DNA of 64,000 bases from Callorhinchus milii (taxonomy: Eukaryota): NCBI RefSeq assembly GCF_018977255.1, contig NW_024704742.1, positions 26,910,001 through 26,974,000 of the forward strand. The letters run 5' to 3'. Below are positions 37,401 through 49,124 of this stretch, in pieces. The notes beneath the pieces were generated by a model. The model did no database searches. It was not told the DNA's origin and worked only from the letters and a program-made list of their open reading frames with translations. The position numbers and the translations under genes were made by a program. Numbering within the stretch: the first letter of the stretch is position 1; every line of letters starts with the position of its first letter.

Positions 37401-40400
37401 GAGCAATATGAATGCAAGTTGGCGTTGGAGTATACCTGCCCTTTTTCTACATTGCTAAATCCAGGTTCATCTGTCCACGGCTAATATTGTTAGCCATGCA
37501 TTTTTAATATGTTCAATTGTTGAATTCAGGTACATCTCATTTGCAAACTCATTTGGAATTGTTATGTTAATTATCCCCGTTGTCACAGCCTTAATCAGAC
37601 AGAGTTAAAACGCAAGTAATATTATGCAGGAAGCACCCGATTTAAAAAAAAACTTTTGCACCAAAATTCACATTGAGTGCTTTTTGCAAATAGTCACAAG
37701 AAAAAGATGACTCCACAATGGCAAGAAATTGCAAACACTTGTTTGTAATTCTTCTTCTCCAATCTCCACACCTCCTCCCTTCTCTCCTGAAGGCAATGAC
37801 TCACACTTGCAATTGTCACAAACTATTTCATGGGCGCTGGATGTTGAAATGACTGCTCCTTATTTGGTAGGTTACCGTGGGTGAGCATTGCCTCATGATG
37901 CTGTCATCTGTGTGAGTGCTTTAAGGAGGAGGGTTTGTCCTTGAAAGTCACATGGTTTGGAGTTTAAGAAAATGATCTTAAAATTTAAGATCGCACAGAA
38001 TAAGAACTACAGAAAACTGGCTTCCATATTACAATAACAACAAAATTACATTTATTTAATGCCTTTCACGTCTGGAGGACGTCCCAATGCACTGGACAGT
38101 CAAGGTTTTACACTGTACTGGGGGTTGGATCCAAGAGGATTGGAGGATTAGGGGTTGGTTGGGAGGGTGGCCAAAAGCAGGACAAAACGGGAAAGCCTTG
38201 AGACAGGCCCTGAAGGAGGCGGGGATTGGGTGATGCGGAGGGAACTCCGCGGGATGGAGTTCCAGAGAATGAGGGCAGAAAAACTGAAGGTCCGTCAACT
38301 AATGGTGGAGGGGGCACGGCAGGGGACATGAAGCAGGTCAGTGCCTGCCAAGTGTCAGGAGTGGGCAGGTTGCTATGGTGGTAAGATTGAATTTAAGAAT
38401 CCTGGTTGGCACTTCACCTCTATCACAACAAGGGTTTCACAGTGAATACCCATTTACACACACAGAGATACATACACTCACACACACACACACACACACT
38501 GCCCAACAGTGCTCGGGCTGTAAAGCTATTGCATTGCTGAATGGGGACATCCTGTGGCCATGATGTGTAAATCAGACGGAATCCGACAAGGCTCCACCAC
38601 CTTCCCTGTCACGACCTGCTCAGACATCGCTTACAGCAGATTTTTGGCCGTTTGCGTCAAAGCCTTTTCTTCTTCACAAGGAAATTGTTTACAACCCACT
38701 GCAAGTGATCATTGCAAATACATTTTTGAAAAATGATTCATTACTTATCTGACAATGCAGTGTTCTAGAAGTAAATCAATAAATTGTTTGCTTATTCCAT
38801 CTTTTTAACAAAAATTGTAAATTATATTTTTTAGGTTCTGTATGAAGTGTGATACCTGGAATGGCTGCTTTTCAGCCTTCCCATTTCCTGAATATTACAA
38901 GGAGGGGAAACCCCTTTTTGCAGAAATGGGAACAAAAATAAGGAAACTGAGAAATCAAGGAGAGAAAAAATACAGGAAGTTCATCAGTGAAAAATGTGTG
39001 ATTTACACCAAATCTGTGATTCTGACAATATATTAATCCATACATTTGATATATTGCCTTATCACATCTAAGCATCTCAAATTGTTCCACGCATTTTTTC
39101 TGTAAAGTGTAGTGACTGTGTATTTGTAGGTGATCGTGGCTGCCAATTTGTGTACAGAAGTGTTCTAGAAACAGAAATGAAGTGAGTGACCAATTGTACC
39201 CGGGGGATTGTGTGCCAGGAGAAACTCCCTTTTCTTTTTGAATAGTGTCATGGGATCTTTAACAATCACCTGAACAGGAATAATGTCTCATTTGAAGGTT
39301 ATTTGACTGTGCTTAAAACAGTTCACTATGCACAGTACTGTGCAATACAGTTCACATTTATGTGGCTCCTTTCACATCGGTAGGACGTTCCAAAGCACAG
39401 CTCACACTGTGAATGTGATTTTCTTGTTTCGCCATTTATTTTATGGTTACTAGCAATCTGCCGGTGAGCCAGCAGATTGTCTAGCAATAAAATTTTAATA
39501 GCCCAAATCTTCTGTACCCACTGCTGATACATTCCCCCAAATTATACAAAATATTGGTTAGAAATAAATAACCCTTTGGGGTGGGAGACAGTGTTTTGAT
39601 GATTTTTACACGAGCGAATATTCATTCACCCACAAACCTCAGAACGCCAAAGCTGTGTTACGGGAGAATAGCTGTAACTGTTAGGGAGAAAATGGTCCTT
39701 GCACTAACTCTTATATGAGACGGGCACAGAAAGGAGAGGATAACATTGTAATAATAATCCTTACATTTACTATAGAGCCTTTCACATCGGGAGGATGTGT
39801 TACAGTGCTTCACAGGATGTACTGTTGACTGATGTGTTGGAGATGAATCCCCAGTAGACTCGAACGCTTTTCGACCACATGGCTGCAGTTATTCACAATT
39901 GATTGGTTCTGCTTCCATGTTCCAGGCAATCGATGCAGTTTACTTCAGTGCAGCCAATGAGAATGGCTGCTACCTGGTGGGAGCCATTGCACGAAGGCCA
40001 GCCAAAATGATCAACGGCTTCCTCTACATTAAGGTTTGTGTACACGGGTCATTCTGCTCTTCTGTTCTTACTTTGCACAGTTATAATAAGGTGTGTTGTG
40101 TTGCAAGGCATCCCTTTCCTGGCAGCCCAAAGAAAATGATGACATGGTGAAATTTTGTCTGGTGTTTCACACGGTGGTAATGAATGCAATGATCGCGGGC
40201 CGTGACAGCAAGAGAAGTCCATGGAGAACTGGCCCAGCCTTGGGCCATGGACTCACATAGTTTGATCTAAGATGACACTCCAGTGAGATCCTGTCTGCCT
40301 CTTCAGGTGGAGATTGAAGATCCCATGACACTATTCAAAAAGGAAAAGGAGTTTCTTCCAGTGTCCTGGCCAATAATCCTTCAAATAAAATTGGTCACTC

Positions 40401-43400
40401 CATAGCCATTTGTGGACATTGCTGTGTCTAATGCACCTTTGTGGATTTGACCGGTTGAGGTTCACACCAGCAATTGACGTAATATTTAAATATAGTACAT
40501 GTCAGGATACCATAATCAGGAAGGTGTGCTGACTGCTTGTATCTCTGGTTGTTCATCTCTGTGTCTTGCCCCGTCTGCACTTTGCAGTTGCCTGAGACAG
40601 GGCTACTGCTATCCCCTCGGCTGCCCGACACGCTGATGTCTACACATGAGGAGGCCTTCGGGGCTGAGGGCCTGCTCTTCCAGCCGGTGGAAGCCATGAG
40701 GAAATGGAAGCTCACTTACGATGGGGCTATGAGGTCAGCAAGTTACAGTCGCTTAGAAAGAATTCACAAAAGCAAAGAGCAGGCTGATTTTTCCTTCCTT
40801 GAACCTAAGGAAGGCCAGGACAAATATTGTCTCTCAATGAAGCTGAGACCAGCACGGCTTGGGATTTGATTCAGTAAACTTGTGGCCCATATGTTGTTGC
40901 TCTATCCACTACACAATCAAAGCTGGCAATATGCAGCGAGGTTGCCCATATCATACCCTCAAACAATCCTTATTTTTTTTAAAGTGTTATTATTTTCTCC
41001 CATCTCTTTTTTTTGATCAGTTGCAGAAATTCATCACCATGCTTAAGAGCATCCAAACCAAACGGAGAATTCCAAACCAAACTGGCTGTTCATGAAGAGG
41101 TTTAGTTGTCTATTCATGTGGAGCAGGGCAGAGGGTGGCTTTTCACATAGTGGTTCAGTGGATAACTGGGTTGTGTGTTGTGTTGCTGTGCCATACCGGT
41201 CAGCAAGGTCTGCTTTGACCTTTGTCCTGTGCCTAAATTGGTGGTTCCCAGCCAGAGTAGTGGTAGGAGCAATATCACTGGTCTAGGGTGGGACGAGGAA
41301 AAATAGCCTACGTTCCTGCTCTGCATTGCTACCCAGTGCACATCTGGAAAGGACAAGAGTCGCTATTGTGTGCTGCTGAGTGAAAATTCTTTAATGAATA
41401 AGTAATACAATCTAGTAAGTGTCTATTTGTGGACTAAGAGCCTATAAGTGGAGTCCCGTAGCGTATTGGGTTAGCACACATGCCTCGAAAGTGAGAGGAC
41501 CTGGGTTTGATTCCCGAGCAGGGTGAAACCTTAGGCGTGTTTCCTTACACCACATACCTCTGTTTATCTAGCAGTAAGTAGTAACCTAGTTGTTAGTTTG
41601 GTGGTAATAATCCCTCCCCTGAAAAAGTATGATCACTTAATCCACGACTGTTTGTGGGACACTGCTGTGTGCAATTACCTACTGCATTTGACCACAAAAT
41701 ACACAGTCAATTCACTTTACAATATTTTCCATGAAACGCTTTGGGACGTCTCAATGAAGTGATAAGGTGCGATATCAAATGCAAAGATTATTATTATTAT
41801 TATTTCTAACTGGATCCTTTAATAAGGAACTCTGAGTACTGCCTCTGTCTGGCAGGAAGTACATCTCACCAATCTACTGGTATTCCGCTCCTAAAGTACA
41901 TTGTTTGGAGTGTAATTCTCGTCAGTCAGTGTGATACGCTGCTGGTTTCCCAATCCGATTAGGAATCACCAGATTACGAGACCACCACTGACAGTCATTG
42001 GTCTGAGGTTTATAACAGGGGAACTTGAAACGTCTGATTCTCATAGTTGGTGTGGTCTCAATATCAGGATGTTGTGTTTCCAAAAAGGCTGGATAAAGGA
42101 GACCAATTGGTGCACGTGTGCATGAACCTAGACTGGGAAAGTAAGTTGGACTACTTTGATTTTGATACGGACATGCATTCCATCGCACTCGCAAAGGCCA
42201 TCGCTAGGGAACAGTGGTCCAAGGAGTTTTTTAAAAAGCTTGAAGAGTAAGTGAAATTAAAAACATTTCAGACTTCATATTCAGTTTTATAATCATCAAA
42301 CTATAATTGTATTTTTCTCTGGCAGTTTTTTTTAGAAAATGTCATACAATTCTATCCAGTAGCTCTGGCTTTATAATGTTTTATTTTCTCTCTCTGCTCA
42401 GTGTTAAATTTGACTTTAATTGTAGCATTAGGTCATTGTTAATACTGAGCTATCTCCTGTGGTTACAATTATCCGTTGAATAACTCCTGTCTATGCATTA
42501 GTCTCCACCAGACTCACCATGAACAGTTTGGAAAAATCACTGGTACAATTCAGATCGATGGGTTTGGTTGTCATAAAGTTACCTTGGATTCAATGAGGGA
42601 CCATTCTTTTGGTGAGTGTTACAGGCTGTCTAATCTTGTACTGATCTTCTCCCACCTCAACTAAAATCGTATACTGATCTCCCTCCGCTTTGCCCCCCTT
42701 CTTCCGCCTTCAGTACCTTATTACCTATCCCTTTGACTGTGCTTTCAGCTACCTTTCCCCTCTCCTGATCTCTCCCACCCCCTCTCGAACTCCAGAGCTC
42801 GGACTCCCGTTGTGAAGCGCTTTGAGATATCCTCTGAATGTGAAGGGCGCCGTAAATTATCATTGTTATTGATAACGCATTTGATTTCTGTTTCTATGAG
42901 AATGATGGATGGCAAATTGCAAATAATTTGTCAGTTGTCGTTTTTTTTCACAAAAAGCTAACCAAAGTTGACTGCAATGACAACTCAGTGGTGAAGTGGT
43001 AGAATAACATAACATTGATCTAAGCAGTGATGATGTATGTGCACACTCTTGGGAATATGGTGTGTGGGACCATATATTGAGTACTTCTCCGTCATGCAGT
43101 AGGTATATATATATTTATTTTTATATATATATATATAAAAAACACAAAATACTGCAGATGCTGGAAATCTGAAAACAAAAACAGTTATTTATATATATAT
43201 AAATAAATCTTGTCGCTGCAGTTGCTCTATTCCTTCAGTAATTGATTTTAGGTTTTAGATATTTTTCATCACAACTGTAATAAATATGATAGCTGTTCTG
43301 TTAATAAGAAAGATTGTCTTATTTGCTCATCTCATCGGGTGCTTGTTATTTTGCAATATGTTTCGCCCACAAAATACACCAGCAATCCACTTTATAGTAT

Positions 43401-46400
43401 TACCCGTGAAGGGTTTTGACATGTCTCAATGATGTGATAAGATTCTATATCAAATGCAAGAATTATTACTATTATTGTTATTTGTAACCTTGGTTGCTCA
43501 GGTCCACTTCCCAGGCCTCTGAGTGACTGCATCAGAAATGTGAACACTTTCTCACTCTCTTACTAGAGAAATGATGCAGAGACTCTAAACGTAGGAGGGA
43601 ACACAGTCTATTTTTTAAGTAATTAAAAATATATAATTTCATGTCACTTTTATAAATAATTGTTGAAAGTACATTTTCCATTAAAACTTTCACCTTTGTA
43701 TTTCCCTTTTATTTTTTTTCTCTTTCTCTTTGTGTTCTTCTTTGTTTACCTTTCCTTTCATCTCCATTCCCCCAAACCCCACCCCTTCTCTCACTGGCCC
43801 TGCCCTACATTGTAGGAGATCATCGGGATTGGAAGTACTTCCATCGTTATGGTTTCCATATGGGCACACTGAATGATGGGACCAGTTTCAACATAGGAAT
43901 TGTCTCGCAGAGCAATCTGCTCACTGTGTAAGTGCAGTTGGTGAAAGACATTGTAGACAATTGCTACTGATGCATAATAACTCGAGCCTGGTTTAACTTG
44001 TCACTAACACTTACGTCAATCATGCTGTCAATAACCCAGCCACATTTATTCATACAGTATATTTATAAATATGCCTAACTGGCCACTCCGGATAACTCAA
44101 CACGGAACCCTTTTCCCTTGGAGTGACGAGTTATCAGGAGTTCACTGTGGAAGCTGAACGGAGTTGAGATATTATCAGGACTCATGATATTATCAGATAG
44201 TATCAGGCCACAAGATATCATGTTACGGGCTGTATTACAATGCAATACAACTGAGACCCAGCCCCAACCCTAACTAGATAATGAGGGAATCAGACACAGA
44301 GAGCAACCTCCTTCCTCCCTCTCCCTCTCTCCCCTTGTCAAATTTAAGGTTGGATTATTTTCTATTTATGTAACAAAAAAAATTTCGAACACCATTGAGT
44401 TATTCTGAAGTCTCAGTCACAGCAAGTTATGGTTCAAAGTGTTAATGTCAGTGTTGCGATATTCGCATTGCAGGCAATGTCGGTATCACAAGTGGAAGGT
44501 GTGTAGATATTGAGGTGTCAGTCAGCCTGGCTCGGTTGGTAGTATTCTCGCTTCTGAGTCAGAAGCTGTGTGTTCAAGCCCCACGTCAGGACTTTGAACT
44601 CATAGTCTTGGCCATATTGACTTCAATGCAATGCAAAGTCTGTTGTATTGTTTGACGTGCAATTGATGTGACCTTAAAGCAAGGTCCCATCTGTTTGCTC
44701 AGGTAAATGTTAAAGATCCCATGGCATTCTGATAAAACAGAGAAGGGAGTTTCTCCCGGTGCCTGGCCAACAAATCCTCAAAATAAATTGATTATTTACT
44801 TAATGGTTGTTTGTGGGACATTGTCTGTCAAATTCCCTGTAAAATACACAGATACTGCCCTTTGCAGTATGTCTGGTGAAGCATTTTATTTTGGGGTTTC
44901 CATGGATGATGGATCGATAATCAGAGGACACAGATTTAATAATAACTTTCCAAAGGGTGTATATGTGAAAAGGAAAAAATTGCAAGGCAATGGGAAAACA
45001 GCGGGGGAGTGGGATTAATTTGAATAGCTCTTTCAAAGAGCTGACACAGCCAGGATGGTGTCGAATGGCCTCCTTCTGTGCTGTAAGATTCTATGATTCT
45101 ACATTTGTTAGCTAGGTACCCGGAAAAACTCAGGAATTGTTGCAGCCGCAGCTCTATTACAAATAACTAAACCTCAGTTGAACGCATTACACTTTTTGTA
45201 ATCAGTTGGTTTATGATAACAGTGTTTTAGTTTTGTTGTCTTTATTGTTACAGTGGTTAAAAAGGGCCTGTGCCAAGCTCAGTGTGTTGTTTATTGCAGC
45301 CTGGAGTTGGGATACCTGTATACCCCCTCAGGTGAAAAGCACCCAGTAAAGTGGTGTGGACTGGATTTAGCATGTCACGGGGAGGGAGGAACCCCACCTT
45401 TGGATTATGGATTTGAGTTTGAAGCAGGTAATGAAACATTAAATATGTTTTCCTGTTGCATGGCGTACTGTTTGCAGCACAAATGAAAATGTATTCTACA
45501 TTTTTAAGTTGTGCTTTTCAGTTGCTAAATGGTCAAGATTTGGAGGATAAACCACTAAATTGCTGGACTGTAATATAAACTTGGCAGTTCATTCACTTCC
45601 ATTCCCTGTAATTGCTTATCTTGTGTTCAGAGTATTCCAATGTCAGAATGGGTTTATTATTTTACCAGAGGTCACATTAGAGTGTGTACCACATACAGGT
45701 GGGTATCCAAAAAATGCGCACATCCTAATTGATCGTTCGTAACACGGACCAGTCAACTGGCAGGCTTCATTTCGGTCCAACCCCACAATCAGAACCGAAA
45801 TGAAACAAGCCAGTTGATCGATTCACCTTCCGCATGATATCTGATGACAATCAGATATGTGAGAAAACAAAGAACTTTGATTGATAAGCTTCGGATTGTT
45901 AAAAACAAATTGTGTACATGGTATTCACAGTGTATGCCAATCTTTTCTGACGGGCAATTTCTTTTTGAGTAACGTCACTTAGCCCCACCCACTCTTGCAC
46001 AATAGGGGAAAATAATTGAGCAACAAGCTGGCCAGGTAAGCCAGGAAATTCACAGCATAGTGGTTTTCGGCTGTCTGTTACGTGCTGAGTTTTTCATGCA
46101 TTGGTGGTTAAGTCGTAGAATTCTTGCCTGCCACGTAAAACCTGGGTTTGATTCCAGGCCTTTCACGTAGGAAGGACGTCCTAATTGTTTTACAGGATTT
46201 ACTGTAAAGTATATTAAGCGACTGTGTCTTTTATAGGACACCCATTAACTGTGATGATATTGCTCCTGCTCTTCACCTGCAGGTGGGAAGCGATACTTTT
46301 TGCAGTGTCAGATTTTGGCAAGCCCGGAATTCTATATTGGGATGGAGTGGGAAGCTCGGATAGTGGAGAGACTGGCTACATACACTGTAAATGGTGTGAA

Positions 46401-48352
46401 AGGCTGGGGGATTTCAGAGTGGCACTACAGGTAACCTTTCCTTTAAATAAATAATGGTCAACTAAGAATGCCAGCATCCTTTTCTACTTGGTAATATTCA
46501 TCGCAAAAAATAAACTCCTGATGCAGTTTTAATAGATAGGGCTTTTCATGAATTTGCTTATTTCTCAGTTGGTTGTAATGTGTACTCAGTCATATCATTC
46601 AAATTGATTTGTCGCAAGATCTTCAAGAAAGTCCAGGTGAGCGTTCAGAATCGTAATGTGACACCGGTGAAATGTCTGGAATGAAAAATATCACACTCGT
46701 ACATCTTCTCCACCTTTCCCTCTCTTTATGTGGGGAAGAATTTAGGCTCATCCATTGACCATCTAACTGAGATCTTCCATTCACTGTTTAGAGAACAGTA
46801 CGGTTGTTGATGGTTGCAACCTGGGCCTTACGAAAGGATGGCAGAGTACATTGCAGCTCTAGTTTGTGTCCCTATCTCGCCTTCTGTCTTGTGTGCTGAA
46901 TCAAGTGAGCCAATCCTCCCAAGCCAACAGAGCCTTGGGACGTCCTCCCGATGTGAAACACTACACAAATGTAATTTTGTATTGTACTGTAATTACACTA
47001 ACTTAAATAATTATTAATGATCCTTTCATTTGATATAGCGCCTTATCACGTCTTCGATACGTCTCAAAGCGCTTCACAGAATATACTGTAAAGTGAATTG
47101 ACTGTATATTTTGGGGCTAAATGGGGGAGCAATCGCACATAGCAGTGTCCCACAAACATTCATGGAGTGAGTGACCACATTTTTTTTTATGAATGGACTA
47201 GCTGTATCCATTGCAGCTACGCTTGCAACCAAAGGATCCAATATTGAATATAGATTTCAGTGATACCACTCACAAACTATTTAACATGCCATAAACATTG
47301 TGTGTACACTTTAAGCAAACTGCTATACATGTGTGATGAGCTTGTTTAGGTCATAGCTCATCAACAATAGGAGATTCCCCCGCCCCCCACCCCAAAAATA
47401 TACCCTTGATACTCCCCATGAAAGACCTTTCCGATGAGGTATAAATCGATGAGGTATATAACAGCAATTGATGATTGCGTTATTGGCTGTCAGACACACA
47501 TGCAGTGTGTGAGCTGTGCCGGGATCTCTCTCTCTCTCAGCTCCTGTTGCTTAGTCAGTCTGGGCAGGTTAAAGGCTTCACTTTAACCCTCTCTCCTCCC
47601 TCCCTCCTGGCACACTCACTCACTCACTCATTCACAGACACACACTCGCTCATATAACCTTTCCCCTCTCCTCCATCCCTCCCCCAAAAAACCTTCTCTC
47701 ACTTCCTCATTCTTGCCCTCGAGAGATTATGGGACTCAGCGTATTTTTTTTGGGGGGTGTGGGGGAGCGGAGAGATTTAATTTTAAAAATGTAGCATTGA
47801 ATTTTTTTACACCGCTCTCTTCCCTCCTTCCCTCTCTCTGTCCCTCTCCCAATGTATTTCTCTGGACGGGTGCTAGGTAAACATAGGTGTGTGGAGTAAG
47901 GAAACTTGCCCAACATTTCGTCCTACCCAGGAATCAAACCTAGGTCCTCTCACTTTCAAGGCAAGTGCTCTAACCACTCAGCTACATGTAGTACAGATTG
48001 AAGAAGCTATAGAAATATCAAAACTTGTCTGATAGACAAAGATGAGAAAAAATGTATCTCTACTACCATCACTCCATGGCTGTTTGTGGGACACTGCTGT
48101 GCCATAACTAGCTGCCGCTTTTTACCCACAAGATACACAGTCAATCCACTTCACAGTATATTCTGTGAAGCACTGAGACGCAACAATGTGATAAGGCGCT
48201 ATATCGAATGCAAGGATTATTATAACTTCCCTTCACTAAAATGAATCATGAACTAAGATTGAAAATGTTCCAAGATGTGTTCTAACCGCTATATTTTTAT
48301 GGCTATCAGGCATCATGGAGGAAGACCAGAGAAATACGCTAACAGAAAATAA
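34273..48352 (+). CDS. Uncharacterised 407-aa protein with N-terminal hydrophobic anchor; 10 coding exons (34273-34428, 34948-35061, 39926-40033, 40588-40733, 42088-42246, 42502-42611, 43816-43927, 45300-45427, 46283-46430, 48310-48352)
   Basis: Kozak-like cccaccATG at 34273. Nine GT-AG introns with matching phases (0,0,0,2,2,1,2,1,2). The 1224 nt join has no internal stop and ends in TAA. Motifs DAVYF, YFDFD, HQTHHEQFG, MRDHSFGDHRDW, GWGISEWHYR. Confidence 0.88.
34948..35061 (+). CDS. Novel gene exon 2 (WRGQQENVAQGVTAGYGQQSRNTPAQMDCIQPLSSHPK)
   Basis: Long pyrimidine tract + ccag acceptor, AAG|gtctga donor, phase 0-0. Confidence 0.8.
35363..35399 (-). ncRNA. Minimal hammerhead-ribozyme-like motif in Penelope terminus
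   Basis: CTGACGA-A-GGGTC-GTG-GACCC-GAAAC: both core boxes flanking a perfect stem II. Confidence 0.55.
35846..35882 (+). ncRNA. Hammerhead-like motif, variant copy
   Basis: agtt-CTGACGA-A-GGGTC-GTG-GACCC-GAAGCTTT-gact; GAAG instead of GAAA. Confidence 0.45.
36100..37180 (+). mobile_element. Penelope-like element 3' part, interrupted by an inverted L2 piece and a SINE
   Basis: FNSHTHSQSDLSIHGLLHC...HLIYLLGTLQPSGLNIDFSHFR ends at 36281; terminal repeat with a degenerate hammerhead at 37048-37084. Confidence 0.8.
36414..36733 (+). mobile_element. Young tRNA-SINE
   Basis: Family match to 73-400. Confidence 0.92.
37195..37425 (+). mobile_element. Old L2 3' fragment; part duplicated in inverted orientation at 36288-36408
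   Basis: TTFGNRAF, FRWCLKSYL and an L2-like tail. Confidence 0.7.
38030..38405 (-). mobile_element. L2 3' fragment
   Basis: cctttcacgtctggaggacgtccc tail; FRACLKAF. Confidence 0.75.
39926..40033 (+). CDS. Novel gene exon 3 (AIDAVYFSAANENGCYLVGAIARRPAKMINGFLYIK)
   Basis: gttccag / AAG|gtttgt, phase 0-0. Confidence 0.87.
40588..40733 (+). CDS. Novel gene exon 4 (LPETGLLLSPRLPDTL...EAMRKWKLTYDGAM)
   Basis: ctttgcag / AG|gtcagc, phase 0-2. Confidence 0.87.
41448..41803 (+). mobile_element. Older long-form tRNA-SINE
   Basis: gtggagtcccgtagcg head, ctctgtttatctagcagtaagt internal segment, (TTA)n tail. Confidence 0.85.
42088..42246 (+). CDS. Novel gene exon 5 (LDKGDQLVHV...YFDFDTDMHSIALAKAIAREQWSKEFFKKLE)
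   Basis: tttccaaaaag acceptor (weak, exact 5' edge less certain), gtaagt donor, phase 2-2. Confidence 0.82.
42502..42611 (+). CDS. Novel gene exon 6 (LHQTHHEQFGKITGTIQIDGFGCHKVTLDSMRDHSF)
   Basis: gcattag / G|gtgagt, phase 2-1. Confidence 0.87.
43816..43927 (+). CDS. Novel gene exon 7 (DHRDWKYFHRYGFHMGTLNDGTSFNIGIVSQSNLLT)
   Basis: Long pyrimidine tract + ttgtag / gtaagt, phase 1-2; absent from the ORF track. Confidence 0.87.
43965..44147. mobile_element. Second copy of the 10062-10243 MITE, inverted
   Basis: gacgagttatcaggagttcactg terminus; ataactcgagcctggtttaac and agccacatttatt match the other copy. Confidence 0.6.
44519..44885 (+). mobile_element. Older Deu-domain SINE
   Basis: gtcagcctggctcggttggtag head; gttaaagatcccatggca core. 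Confidence 0.78.
44900..45100 (+). mobile_element. CR1 3' tail
   Basis: gaatggcctccttctgtgctgtaagattctatgattct. Confidence 0.78.
45300..45427 (+). CDS. Novel gene exon 8 (LELGYLYTPSGEKHPVKWCGLDLACHGEGGTPPLDYGFEFEA)
   Basis: tttattgcag / G|gtaatg, phase 2-1. Confidence 0.87.
46098..46160 (+). pseudogene. Degenerate tRNA-Gly(GCC) copy
   Basis: gcattggtggttaagtcgtagaattcttgcctGCCacg...gggtttgattccaggcc aligns to canonical tRNA-Gly-GCC; 3' acceptor stem missing. Confidence 0.65.
46283..46430 (+). CDS. Novel gene exon 9 (GKRYFLQCQILASPEFYIGMEWEARIVERLATYTVNGVKGWGISEWHY)
   Basis: cttcacctgcag / AG|gtaacc, phase 1-2. Confidence 0.87.
47013..47987 (-). mobile_element. Long-form SINE split into tail (47013-47190) and head (47872-47987) by ~680 bp of other sequence
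   Basis: Both parts are on the minus strand in the correct order. Confidence 0.6.
47197..47656 (-). mobile_element. Candidate non-autonomous Helitron
   Basis: Minus strand ends ttgcaagcgtagctgcaa (hairpin) + tggatacag + CTAG-T; (CACT)n-like tract near the other end. Confidence 0.3.
48310..48352 (+). CDS. Novel gene terminal coding exon (HHGGRPEKYANRK*)
   Basis: ctatcag acceptor, phase 2, TAA at 48350-48352; short, so less certain. Confidence 0.65.
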
Positions 48353-49124
48353 GACCACGGCCAGATTCAAAATGGTTGGAACAGCAAATGGAATGGAAAA
48401 AACTTTAACTTTACTGTGCTTTTTAGTGATGTAATTGTGCTCTTCGTAGAGTGTCTCACGCTCAGCAGATTCGTTCAGTTATAAAGAAACTTTGATTTTG
48501 TTTGTGAAGCCTGTAATTAATGCAATAATTTTTTGAGAATTCGTCAAGTCTCATCTGTTACTAAAGTATGTGGAAAATTGCATTGAGAATTGTCTCCTAT
48601 GTTTTGCTCTTCAACTGCATTTAAGAATAACTTTTCTCCTATGACTTAACCGAAAAAGTAATCCTCGTTTAAAATGCACAGGAAAGCAAGATAATTGACA
48701 ACCCAAAAAAAGGTTTTGAAATACAAAATCATTGTCTCACTTAGTGGCATCTTTCACTCTGAGTGAACAAATCACTAACTTGCTCAGTTGTATCTTTTAG
48801 CCTGAGAGAGCAAAATGGTTGCTCCATACACACACCTGTTACTTCCTCCCAATGTTATAGCAATCTGGCAATGGTAGTGGTCCACAGTTAACATTTCTTT
48901 GGTGAAATTACATTTCTTGCAGTTTATGTGATTAACAGAAATAGGTGAAGGAGAGAGACCAATGACCTAAGTATGCAAACACCACTTTTTTGTTGTTAAT
49001 CTTTTCTGCTAAAAGCAAACACCTTCAAACTTCATATTCAACAATTTATCTTTCCGTGTCCTCTATATGCAAGGATTATTATTATTATGTAATCTAGAGT
49101 TTACTATCACTGGATTATTTTTTC

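Noticed and set aside
38835..39036. Possible extra exon in intron 2 of the novel gene (MKCDTWNGCF...)
   Set aside because: No convincing in-frame donor; exons 2 and 3 already join cleanly (SSHPK-AIDAVYF).
43139..43184. Isolated Penelope terminal fragment within a (TA)n tract
   Set aside because: About 45 bp with no ribozyme core; uninformative.
34273..48352. Bacterial contamination or recent horizontal transfer as the origin of the novel gene
   Set aside because: Nine spliceosomal introns filled with host repeats show long residence in this genome.
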